Below, one piece after another: positions 48,491 through 61,518 of a DNA stretch of 64,000 nucleotides. The notes under the pieces are model-generated. The model searched no databases. It worked only from the letters and a program-made list of their open reading frames with translations, and was not told the origin of the DNA. Numbering within the stretch: the stretch's first letter is position 1; each line of letters opens with the position of its first letter. The translations under genes and the position numbers were made by a program. Source of the DNA: Adineta vaga (Eukaryota; Animalia; Rotifera); contig CP075495.1 in assembly GCA_021613535.1 (NCBI GenBank), forward strand, positions 4,464,001-4,528,000. Direction: 5' to 3'.

Positions 48491-50786
48491 TCAAATAATT
48501 TCAGAAATTTGATTTTTTAAAGTAATATTATTCTTCATGTGATCAGTTGATATGTGAACACATTCATTGTAAACATTCAAAATTGTATCGACTATCTCTG
48601 TTGATAATGTTTGTTCAGGTTTGAGTATATTCTCATGATTTAATTCATGTCTATCAAAAAAACAAATGTTTAGAAATGATCATTCTTCGATTCGATATAA
48701 AAATTATTTACGATACAATTTGTGGTGTAAGAGAATCGATTTCATGTAAATGATTTTCTATAAATTGTTTATTTCCTTTTGTACTGATCAATAGAGATGA
48801 TTGATCGATATTTCGCTGATCAAGTCGCCAACTTATAGTTGTATCATCAATATAACTATGATGTTCTCTACCTTTTCGATAGATTTTTCTCGTTGGTAAT
48901 AATTGTTGTACACGACTTTCAATCGCTGCTAGATATAAAAGAATATTTCGATCATTAATTGATTTCGTCGATGAAAAACTAAAATTTCCATCACAATTCA
49001 ATTCAAAAAATAAATTATATATTAATTGATAGGCAGTATCTAATAATTCTCGAAGATTATGTTTTGCTATTTCAAATGATTGAACATTCATATTTGCTTC
49101 ATTAACTGAATGCTGAAATTGAAATAGTTTTATGTTAATTGAAATAATCATATTGGAAAAAGTTTGAACAAACTAACTTCAAGTTTTGTAAATATATTTT
49201 TAATAACAAATGAATCAATATTATCTTTAGAGAAGATATTTGAGATATAATTTCGTTTATTTTCAAGATCTTTATGAAGATGATCAAGCTAAAGAGAGAG
49301 AGATAGAAGATAAATTTATTCAATAGAAATTTCATTTATACTTCATTGATTAATTCAACAGCATATTCAAATAATGTAAAGGATTGTTCTTGTTCATTTA
49401 GAAATGTTTGAACAGTTCGATTAAGAATTTTTTCTTTAGGAAAATCTTGATCAAAACCATGACGAAATAATCGATGAAATTCATCGGCTGTATAAGCACT
49501 TTGTACTCCTTTGGAACCTATTCAAGAGAAAAATATTGATTTCGAAAACAAAATCTCAATAAAACACTAACGTTTGCCAGCAAATAAATCATTCAAACGA
49601 ATATGTTCTTGTCGTAGATGAGATTTTTTTAAAATAAAATTTTTTGATGCATAATTTCTTTCTAATAAACGATCAAGTTCACGAATATCATCTAACAATT
49701 TCTTTTCATCACGATCATGTTGATCACGTACAGATCGCATACGTGCTACAAGATTTCGTCTAAAATCATCATCATCATCATCAGACAAATATCAATTGAG
49801 AAAGTTTTCCATACCGATTAGCGAAACTTTCCGAACATTCAGATGTTAATCGACGTGATTCATCCATTGCATTTTGTATCACAATACTAAGTCGATTATA
49901 TTCATCAATCATTTCACGACGTTTACCTAACATACGTTTAATATCTATACGTAATTCGGTATTATCTGCACAAATTTGACTTAATTTAATATTCATCTGA
50001 AACATAATAGAAAACGATTCGATTTGTGTCAAAATAATATTAGATTAATTACAAACACGATGTAATTGATTTTCTTTCTGTGTTAATGTGAATTTTTGAT
50101 GATTTTGTTTGATATTATACTGATGATTAGGAATTTGTTTCATTTTTTCTATTTGTTTGATCTAATTTAAGGTATAAATTTTGTTTAGATTTCTTTTTAA
50201 ATATTCTCAAATCACCTTCTGACATAAAATAGAAATGTTTTCTTTTAAATTGATATTCTTCTGTTCAATATGTTTAGTATTATCCAATAATTTGTTGTAT
50301 TCTTGCAAAGATTTATTATGATTGATTGGAATTTTACGAAGAAGTAATTCTTTTTGTGAATATTTTTCAATATCAAGTAATTTTCTTAAACAGATAAAAT
50401 TATTGTCAATAATAATGAAAATGGAAGAGAAGTTGCGATTTACTCTTCCATAAGAATTGAATTTCGTGTACGATGTAAGAAACGTTTTATACGCATTTCC
50501 AAACGACGATGAAGACTTTTTAATTTGATTTCTTCATTTGTTAATGCCGCTGTTTGATTGGAAAGTTCTACAAGTTTCATTCGATCGATATCCTGGAAGA
50601 TTAAGACTATGCATAGAAATATGATAGTTCATTCGATCATACTTCTGATCTTCGACAATTGTAGCATTCATTGATTGAACTATTTGTATTCATCGGAATG
50701 AGTTCTACTTCGAAAGAAAGAAAGAAAGAACGTACAGTTTTCTATAATTCCAATCGACTACCTTCGACAGTATTGTTGACATCCAT
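48491..50786 (-). CDS. Coiled-coil protein of the CCDC63/CCDC114 (outer dynein arm docking) family
   Basis: Spliced segments ENQLH|MNIKLSQICADNTELRIDIKRML, EQSFTLFEYAVELINE and INDRNILLYLAAIESRVQQLL resemble the conserved ODA-DC2 blocks. Confidence 0.65.
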
Positions 50787-50972
50787 GGATATACGAAAAA
50801 AGAAATGTTAAAATAGGTTGTTTTTGTTTTTCATTTCCCGCTTTAGATTAAATAGAATATTCTTTATTATATAAACGAATATTAAAGTACAAAAGAAAAG
50901 AAGAAAAGAAAAGTTTCAAGTTGATCGATGATTGTTTTCTAAATTTAGATAAAATTAATAAAAAATAAACAT

Positions 50973-53516
50973 TCATATTGAAGATTTACTTGGAGACGAT
51001 CGCGTACTATGTTGTTTTGATGATTGTTCCTCATCATCGTCTAATTAGTGAATAAATCAAGATAAGTTTATCTTAAATAAATTTGTAAAAATGGTATACT
51101 TTTCGTTTTTTTGATCTTTGGTTTTCGTTTTTTTACTTTCGATTTTTTTTCTTCATCATTATTTGTTGATGATTTTGTTTTCTTACGTTTAGTAGTATTC
51201 GTTGTTTGATCGTTTTCACTTTCTGATTGTACTGGTTCTTTTGATTTTTTTGTTCTTCTTCGACTATTTTCAGTTTGATTTGATATCTCTTGTTGATCAT
51301 TCGTTCGTTTACGAATTTTTCGTCTATTTTTAACTTGCTCATCATTATCGGAATCATCACGATGATGAACATCTGCTTTGGACTTTTTACGACGTTTTGT
51401 TTTTCTTCTAGCATCAGTAATATGAGTAGAATTTGATTGAGATGGTTGATTTTCTTCATCAGATGTTTGTACAGGACGATCGTTTGATTTTGATTGTTTA
51501 CGTTTTCGTGTCTTTCTTTTCTTTTCAGAGGGTTTGTCTATGATAACGTTTGCTGCAGTAGCAACTGCTACAACTTCTTCTTCACGTTCAGCAATGACTT
51601 TTGCCGCACTACGAGTCTTTCTCGCACTAACAATCACCGATTTTGTTTTCGTTTTCGTTGTCATACGTGTTCGACTTTTTATTGGTACTGTTTCTTGAAC
51701 AGTAGTAGTCTGTCTAAAAAACAAAAAGAAACTTAGCTAGTGATTTCAAAGAGTAACTATGGTTATTTACAATTGAATTTCAGAGACTGGATTGAGAGTA
51801 TGCGTATTGTTCACTGTATCTAAACAAATATAAGATGATGATGATTTGAAATAGATTTATTATTTATTTTTTGTCAAGGATTCGATTTTCTCTAACAAGA
51901 TTTTGCTGAATGTAAGAAAAGCATACGCAGTACGTGTTCTGGTGTTGATCCAAGTTGTTCAGTATGATTGATGATTATGACATCATCATCTGGAATTGTC
52001 GGTCGAATATATTCATTTTGAATTTCATCGAATTGTTGTTCTGTTTTAACAATATCAAGCAAAAACGTTTGACCAAAACGACGATTATTTTCTATGTATT
52101 GTTTAACATCTAAATGAAAAGAAAATATAAACGATCATTAAATCGACTCTTTCTATGCTTCGAAATTCATACGCGTTCGATTGTGATCAATTGGTAAAAG
52201 AAGTGTTTTAATTGTACCTCGATTTATTTCATTATCATCATGATTTGATGATGACGAAGATTGTTCATGAATACTATCTTCAGGTAAATGTGTAACTTCT
52301 TGAAGCATCGTTGTTGAAAAACATAATCTTGCAGGTATATTTGGTTGAGAATCGATCAATAATCTTTCATGTTGATTGACAAATAAATGTGATTGATAAT
52401 GTTGATTCAATGCTCGATATGTTCCATTTGGTTCATCCTGATCATCATCATCATCATCATTTTGTATTCCATCTTCAATCATAATTTCTTCAGGTTTAAC
52501 AACAAATGTTGTATCAACAATATCTAAAGGTCGACGTGTAGTACTAAGTGGAACAATATGCATACTAAATTGTTCTTCTTTTCTTGGTAATGAATATTCT
52601 TGTTCAATAGGAATATTTAATCGTGTAGACGGAACAATTGTAAGTCGTTTCCATTGTATTCGTGATTCTAAATAGACTTAAAACTATTTTTCTTTTGAAA
52701 GAATAAAATTGATAAATTACTTCGAATCATTTGTGTTAATAATGGTGTTAATGTTTTACCATTCTTGAATAAAAAGAAATTCGAAAATACAATGATAAGA
52801 ACTCCTGTATACATTTACTAATAATTTTGATACATGCTCTTCATTTTCATCGTTTTCTTCATCGATTGTTTCAATATTTGATGCTGGACTTTTTTGTACT
52901 ATTCGTGGATAATTATTATTTCGAGAACGAATATCACCTGGATTAAGTAAATTCCTTGGCAATACAAGAAAAACTATTGATAGAAGAAAAGGGAGAGTAA
53001 TGAAATATACTGATCCATGACTGCATGAATTTCTTTCCAATGTTCTGCTTCTTCTTGAATAATTTGTTGAATAATATTACAATGTTCTGTTACAATAGCA
53101 CGTACACTATCCATTCTCTAATTTAAAAAAATACTATGATCGAAAAAAAAACGATAATCAAGTTTCTTACTCGATCAAAATAAATTCGAAGGGATTGAGA
53201 AGCTAATTCAATCATATTATCAAGTACACGTAATTTATCATGTTGTTTGACTGATCGTTCATTAATTTCATTAATATTTTCAATAATTTCGATATTATGA
53301 GAGAATATTCCTCTCATTTGTTTTTCATATTGAACTAAAAGAGAAAAACTTCGTAGGTTATCTTTTTTTCTTTCTTAGAAATAAAATTTATAATTTACTA
53401 TTGATACTTGTTTCAATAAGTTTCCGAGCAGTACGATATTTATTTCGTGTTGATTCAAATCGAGTACGATCCCATGTTAATGGAATATCGAATACTGTTC
53501 GATTAAGAACAAGCAT
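50973..53516 (-). CDS. Uncharacterised protein: N-terminal helical/coiled-coil region, Lys/Arg-rich low-complexity C-terminus
   Basis: Multi-exon ORF chain with GT-AG introns, from MLVLNRTVFDIPLTWDR to SSPSKSSI*, with many NLS-like basic clusters. Confidence 0.65.
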
Positions 53517-54351
53517 TTGTTTCTTTGAAAAAACTTGTCAAATATTCGTTGAATCGTTTAAAGAAGAAGAATTACATATGTATGCTATCGATCGCATCGT
53601 ATCATTTAATAGTATTTGTCTATCCAATAAATGATATCTTTGATAACAGATGTCACAAATTGTAATTGATTGTTTAAGAAAAAATAAATCATTCTTTTTC
53701 AATCTCTATTTTTAAATTCTATTGATAGATTGGCTAATTCTGACATATTTTCTATTTCAATTTCATTTGATAAGTTATTCGATGTTTTTTGATTATTGAA
53801 AATATATTTTATCAAATAGCAAATCAATATGTTACGCTTGTCTATGTACATCAAATATTGAAAATAATAATATGCCATAGAAAGGTCCAAGAATTATTTG
53901 TTGTGTTCGAAAATGATAATTGAAACCTTGAACCTATGTTTTCGATTGTGTCAACATATGTATGAATCATTCTCTATTTGACAAGGTAACTAGCGATCTA
54001 TTGATTGAATATTAATTTGATTCGGTATCTTTAATATAAATTCAATGATCTAGCTCTATTCATATTGAATGAAAGTTTTTCTCTTCTTAATATTTTATAT
54101 ATTTGAATATAGATATGTCAAAATACTATGTATTTAGTTAAAGCTATTAAAATATAATGAAATACGTTGTGATGTTTTTATTTTATTTTACTTTATATAA
54201 CTGATTTATTCTTTAATAAGACTAATGATGATTTAAAACTATGAAATAAATATTAAAATAAATAAATAAATAAAAAAGAAAAGAAAAAAAAACCTAACTT
54301 CTTATTATTGACTAATAACAATAAGAAGTCATGACAAGGTTAAATGTTCTA

Positions 54352-55389
54352 TCAAAATACAGAATATCCCGTTTGATAATATGCTGGATTATATTGATAA
54401 CGAGGATCAATAGTACGATCAGAAACTACCAATTGACGAACAGTTGGCAAAGTTTCTGCACGACGTACAACATCGGGAATAGCCCATACACCATCTGCTA
54501 CATTGACAAGACTATTTTCTAAAACATATTGATATGGAATATAGAAATAGCCGTTTTGACCCTACAAAGAAATATTAGAATATATATTTATATTCAAATG
54601 AAAATAAAACACAATTTATGATAATAGTTACCCAATCATCACCCCAAGAATTTCGTACGATAAAGTGTCCTGTTCTATCATCATAACCGACAACGAGAAC
54701 AGCATGTGTAGGAACAGATAAGATTTTTGGATCGTTTGGATTTGGCATTGACACATAGCCATTATTATATTTTGCTTCATTTGTTGCTTGTGGTAATAAT
54801 CGAATTCCAATAAGAAATGGTACTTCATTACTTAAACATGCTTTCATAGCTTGTAAATCTCGTGGAACGGATAAAACCACAACTGAAATTTGACTTGCTG
54901 CATCGTAAACATGAGCCGGCGGTCTTTGATCAATATAATTACGTTCATATGGCCAAACAAATTCCGCACAGACACCAAATTTACGTAAACCTAAAGCAAT
55001 GGTTCGTTTCGATGCTCCACCATCTGTGACTTCAAAACTTCGTTGTTGAATCATACGACCATTGTAATAGATAAATAATCTTGAAACATTAACATTGTGA
55101 CCAGCGCGACGTTTAATGATATATTCAATTGCACCAGCAAAAGCATTAGCAGCACTAGAATGAAGAAGATTTCATTTTAATGAAATGAATTAGAGTTTTC
55201 TCTTAAAAAAAAGATTTTTCACCATGCGTCTGTTTGTGCTTGATTTTGAACTGGTGTTAGCCAAGGACGAAGATCTATAGAGGGTGCAGTTCGGTGAACT
55301 GGAAATCGAAATGGTCGCATTGTAAGACGACGTGTATCCATAGATGAATCGACTGTTGGTGTATACCATTGGTATGGATGAGGATACAT
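54352..55389 (-). CDS. Papain-family (C1A) cysteine peptidase, xylellain/microbial type, copy 1
   Basis: DLRPWLTPVQNQAQTDAC|AANAF, SRLFIYYNGR, HAVLVVGYDD, RNSWGDDW|GQNGYFYIPY. No signal peptide or I29 prodomain. Confidence 0.88.
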
Positions 55390-56403
55390 CTTATTTCGAT
55401 ACTAGTTCTATAGAACTTCTCTCAACCACGTTCGTAACACAAATAGAAAACAGAGAAATAACACGAAAGACATGCTATATATATATATATATTCGATATT
55501 TCCAAAATTATAAATAATAAATGCTGGAAAAAATCAAGAATTATTCGGGCATGACTATGTAAAATCGAATTTTAGTTGTCATTATTACTCTCTATTTTAT
55601 TTTGTTGTTTTTTTCTTCCATTTAATCAACAAAAATATTTCTCACGGTCTCATATATCACGAACAAGAGAACACTCGTGTACAGTATCTATATGGTGAAA
55701 GAACAGTTACATGATTGATTGATTGATTGATTGTAAGAAGAAGGAAAAAAAATAGATCATTTACCTTATCAATATTTTAACTGTTTTTATATCGAAAAGA
55801 ATCAAATATATAAAGTAATATAAAAGGTATCTTATATACTCTAACAAGAGAAAATCTCATTCACATAAAATACATAATCTGTAATCATATCGACGAAATC
55901 AATTTTTCTGACGATATGACATAGAGTATTGACTCATTGTACAGCAATCAAACGGCTAGCAAGTACGAATTTGATATGCACATTATGGTTTTTAGATCGA
56001 TAAATAACGACAAACATAATCAATCGTTTATAGATAAACATTATTTTCAACGTATAATGTGATGAAATCACTATGACGAAAACATCCTTCCATCCGTGTA
56101 GTTTGTATACGTTCGATGACTTAGAAAGCATATCGACTTGATATACTTCGACATACAATCAGTTGAAACGATTTCAATCCGCATACAAGACTTGATTATA
56201 TCTTGCTTTACAGATTTTTCATCTCTAGCGAATAGGCTCATGTAAAAGATTAAATTCTGTGAAGAAAAGTATATGGCGATTTTCCACTTTCATTTACAAA
56301 TCAATGAAAAACATATGATGTGAAAAGTTTATTAAATCTTGTGAGAAAAAATACATGAGTATCAGAAACGTAGAGAAGCATGATACCAAGCATGTTGAAT
56401 TTA

Positions 56404-57390
56404 TTAGGGTGTTACCAATTGCCACATTGGAGGTGATTGTTCTGCGCGAGATACAACATCACCAATGGCCCATATGTCATTTCCTGTAGGTACTAGGTTT
56501 TGATCGAGAACATATTTGTATGGTATATAGAAACAACCATCTTGACCCTAAAATCGAAAGTAAAAAATATTTATCATAAGAAAGAAATCGAATGATGATA
56601 AATGTTACCCAATCACGTCCATAAGAATTTTGCACATGAAAATGTTTTGTTTCATCATCGTAACCCACAATCAGAACAGTATGGAAATTATCAATAGTTC
56701 CTTCGAGTGCATAAGAACTGATATTTGGTTTAGTAATATAACCATTATTGCGTTTTGCTTCTGTGTTTGCGTCTGGTACCAATATCATTGAAATGATAAT
56801 TGGTCTTTTTGCAGCTAAGCATGCTCTCATCGCATTTACATCTTGGGGGATTTTCCATGAAACTATAGAGATTTCATGTGCGGCTTCGTAAACATAAGAT
56901 GGCGGTTTTGTATCGATGTTTTCGGTTTCATATGACCAAAGAAATTCTTCACATACACCAAATTTACGTAAGCTTGAAAGGCGCTATAAATGCGTACTCC
57001 ACTATCTGGTGCTCCCAAACTTTTCCATTCAATCATTCGACCATTATAATAGATAAATAGCCGAGATACTTGAATTACGCGATTACTGCGAGATAAAAGA
57101 ATGTATTCTGTTGCTGTTGCAATTGCATTCGCCGTACTAAATAAATAAAAAAATCTTTCTACTCATTTTAGGCAATTTTGTTGTTTTCGTCTCTTTTCTA
57201 CAAATCTTTTGTATCGCGAATATGATTGTTCAACAACAAAAAACACTCACCACGAATCTGTTTCTCCTTGATCTTTGACACTTGTCATCATATGCTTAAG
57301 ATTTACACGCTGAGGTAAGTGTTGAGTTTGAAGATGAAATCTTGGCATGGGAAGACGTGATTCTCGCGACTGAGTTGTTACTTCATACAT
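56404..57390 (-). pseudogene. Papain-family (C1A) peptidase copy 2, with a 1-nt frameshift
   Basis: VKDQGETDSC|TANA, SRLFIYYNGR, then the frame shifts near 56972 before LRKFGVCEEF; HTVLIVGYDD, QNSYG. Intron positions match copy 1. Confidence 0.75.
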
Positions 57391-58483
57391 AATATCTTTT
57401 CGTTACGTTTATATGCAATCTCTGTAAGATATATATATATATATATATACTGAAAGTGATAAGTCAGGAACAGAGTAGAATATTCTAACATCATTGATTC
57501 ATATTTATATATTTATTTCGTGGGAAAAATTTACCAAAGGTTAATTGTGTGTGACAGTGTATATTATCTATCATGACGTTGTCTTAGTTGCATTTCCGTT
57601 TTCTTCAACTGACTCATTTAAATATTTATCATTTTTCGATAGTTGACGATAAGTAATTTCATATACAGTGTGCGCATTGCAAAAGATGTATAAAAAAAGT
57701 ATATCACAATGCACAGGTTGTGTCGTATGACACATTTTACACGAAAATATTGATCTGTGACTCGTTGATGAGTAGAAACTAAAAGGTAAAATCTAGTCTA
57801 TATATCCAGAGAAATTGTTTTAAATAGATGGGTATTTCTCACATATGTGATCAAAAAATGAGTAATTTAGAATAAGTATGAATCATTAGAATCCTGAAAG
57901 CAAATTAAAAATAATCATAGTATCGATTATATAGTTGGAAAAATCAAAGTTTGATTTAAATATGAAGGTCACAAATAGTTTGGTAGGAATAATTACAATC
58001 TATCAACGCATCATACTCAGTTGTGATGAAATAATAATGTCTTCAGAACGAAATCGTTCTCTGTAATATGGATTCGTATGTTATAATAAAGTAATGTGAA
58101 TTTTAACTAACTCGAACGTCTATTATAGACATCTGTCTTCACAGGATGTTGACAATACATTCTTAACCAATAGAATGTTTTTATGTTCTGTTCTGTGTTT
58201 GTTCTATGTTAGTTATATCGTTATAGATACTAACTGTAACTGCGTGAGTGTAGGATGGTATGTTTGTCCGTTAAAATTTCCTCCATACTTTTTTATTGTG
58301 TTCTGTCATGTGTGCTTGAGCGAACTCGCGGTGCGTTCGATTAAAATACTTGTCAATATGTATTATTACTAATGAGTATGCACTTTTTCGTTCTTTTTTC
58401 AATTCTTCGAAGACACTTCGACTCATTTTTTCTTTTTCAATTTGAAAAGATTTTAAAAAATAACAACAACAAAATCTTCTTCA

Positions 58484-59548
58484 ATGTCTGATATAACAAC
58501 TGTAAAATTTTCTTCTCTGCCAACTGCATCTATACATTCAATAGCACCTGATTCATCAACATCCTACGATATCAATGATTATGAAATTAAAACTGAACCA
58601 AATTCTGATTTACCATTTCTTTCTAAAAAGAAATTAATTCAATTTAAACCTACACATCGTGATATATTTCATTCAAGCAATTTCAATGGACCATCATTTA
58701 AACAAATCATCTTCTTTTTTATTATGTTTGTCTTAGTAACTTCTCTATGTTCATATTTATATAAAGATTCATTAATCAATATTTTACTCATTCTCGAAAC
58801 ATTACCATGGTGGTGGACATCGTTGTTTTTTTGTATTCTATTCACGGTCGTTTCGTTACCATTTGCTTGGGGTAAAAGAGAAAAGAAAATCTTATGAAAA
58901 TATAATGTCTATTTTCTTTATATTTAGGTTATATTCTATTAAATATTGCTTGTGGATTTCTATATGGATTTGTTTATGGCGTAATCTTCATTGTGCTTTA
59001 TGCTGGAATTGGTTTATCGATTTCTTTTTATGTTTGTCGCTTTATCTTAACTCATAATTATTGTGTAATTAAAAATGTTAAAACAACATTTGAAAATAGT
59101 GAAATCATTCAAACAATGATTAAAGTTTTAAATAGTGCAGATGGCTATAAAATTATTTTTCTCAGTCGATTAACTCCGGTAAGGAAAAGAAGGAAAAAGA
59201 AAAAGTTTATTTTTCTAATTCTATTTATATTAGATTCCTCTTGGTTTACAAAATGGTTTCTATTCAATAAGTAATATACCATTTCGCATTTATCTTTTCT
59301 GGTCATTATGTGGTTTAATTCCAACACAAATTATTTATTGTTCACTTGGTTCTCGACTTCATTCAATGACAGATTTAATTTTAATTGATAAACGAACAAA
59401 AACTGTTGGTATTATTGTTGGTTTATGCGAATGTTTTATGACCATTGTTTTAACATATTATGTATTTCGTACAGCTAAGAAAGTACTGAATAAATTGTTA
59501 CTTGAAACAGCAGAATCAAGTGAAAATTTATTAGTTGTTAAAGGATAA
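58484..59548 (+). CDS. TMEM64: TMEM64-like VTT/SNARE-associated membrane protein
   Basis: VVSLPFAWG|YILLNIACGFLYGFVYG, KIIFLSRLTP|IPLGLQNGFYS, GLIPTQIIYCSLGSRL. Confidence 0.85.
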
Positions 59549-59768
59549 ATAACTTCAGCTTTATGTTGTATTTTCATATGATAATGAAACAACTGTTTCT
59601 ATTTTCTTTTTTGTATTATTTCATGTAAAAATAAAAACAAAAGATAATAATGATCTAATCGAAATTATGTCCTTTTTTTCTCCTCAAATCTATTGATTAT
59701 CTTGTCTACTCAATGGAGAAAAAGTTTTAATTCTAGTGAATTGAATGATCGTTTTCACTTATATTTAG

Positions 59769-61236
59769 ATGAGCTTATGGTGTGATAAATATCGTCCGAA
59801 AACTTTCGATGAACTTGACTATCAATTAGAACAAGCCAATCTATTAAAATCAATTGTAAACGAAGTTTTTGGCGTTATTTTATACTTTATATATCTTGAT
59901 TATTAAGGTTGCAAACGGTGATTTTCCTCATTTGTTAATCTTTGGTCCGAATGGTTCAGGAAAAAAAACTCGAATCATATGTTTACTTCATGCTTTATAC
60001 GGAGATGGCGTTCAATCTCTTCGTATTGAAAATCATCAATATGAAACTCCATCAAGAAAAAAACTCGATATAACTACCATTGGTAGTCATTTTCATATAC
60101 AAGTTAATCCAAGGTGAATTTTCTATAGATCTAATTAATTCTAAAGAGAACTTATTTTTCATTTAGTGATGTTGGTATTTATGATCGTATTATTATACAA
60201 GAATTAATAAAAACTATTGCTCAAACAAAACAAATCAATAGTGATGAACAACGATCTTTTAAAAGTATGTACTGATAAATATTGACTGATTGAAATATCA
60301 ATATTGATTTTGTAAGTTATTGTTATTGTCGAAGTGGATAAATTAACACGAGATGCCCAACATAGTCTTCGACGTACAATGGAAAAATATATGAATTCAT
60401 GTCGATTGATACTTTGTTGTAATTCAACATCACGAGTTATTCCAGCAATTCGTAGTCGATGTTTAGCATTCCGAATGGCTGCACCATCTGTTGATGAGGT
60501 TAATTAATTCATTGAAGAAAATATTATTCTTTTATTTGTCGTTAGATTAATATTGTTCTACAAAAAGTAGCATACTTCGAAGGAATTAAGTTATCATTTG
60601 ATTTATCTAAACGTATTGCTGAAAAAAGTCAAAGAAATCTTCGAAGAGCTTTATTGATGTTTCAAACATGTGCTTCACAAAAGTAATACATGATTTTTGT
60701 GACAAAATTCAAGAGAGAAAGAAAGATATGTTCTTTGTTGAATTAGTATTTCGTTAACAAACGATCAAGAAATAATTGAACCCGATTGGGAAATATATCT
60801 ACGTGATACAGCTCGAATGATAAGTGTACAACAAACACCACAACGGTAGATCAGATTATCCTAATATTCGATTTATGAATATATTGCTTTTGATTTGCAT
60901 AGACTTTTAGAAGTTCGTGAACGTCTCTATGAATTAATTGCACATTGCATTCCTCCTGAGATTATCTTTAAAGTAGAAACTTTATTTTTTGTATTCAACT
61001 CGTATCTATTTGAATTTTGCATTGATTTTTAGCATTTATTGGAAGAACTGTTAATCAATTGTGATGAAACATTAAAAATTCAAATAACACAATTAGCAGC
61101 TGAATATGAACATCGTCTTCGACAAGGATCCAAACATATCTTTCATCTCGAAGCATTTCTTGCAAAATTCATGTGTGTTTATAAACAACATATTGAAATA
61201 ACAACTGCTGTTATTCTCGATGAAAATTTTGATTAA
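59769..61236 (+). CDS. RFC3: Replication factor C subunit 3
   Basis: MSLWCDKYRP, FPHLLIFGPNGSGKKTRI, EVDKLTRDAQHSLRRTMEKY, IRSRC, RNLRRALL, FHLEAFLAKFM. Confidence 0.95.
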
Positions 61237-61518
61237 TATGTGAATTTAATTTTAATTCATTATTCTTGAATATTATATTCATAAATAATAAAAGTTCAAA
61301 TATTGTTTTAGTGCATATTTTCTTGTCAAATAATATCTATATCAATTCAGATCTTTATTTTTTCTAAACTCACGCCATCAATATCTTGTCAATTAGGAGA
61401 TGTGAAAATCGAACATCTGTCGAAAATCAATTGTTGATTTTCTATATAAATCCTACGATGTAAATTTCATTGCATTGCTTTTCTTTCGATTATTTGAGGG
61501 AATCTGTGAGAATATCAA

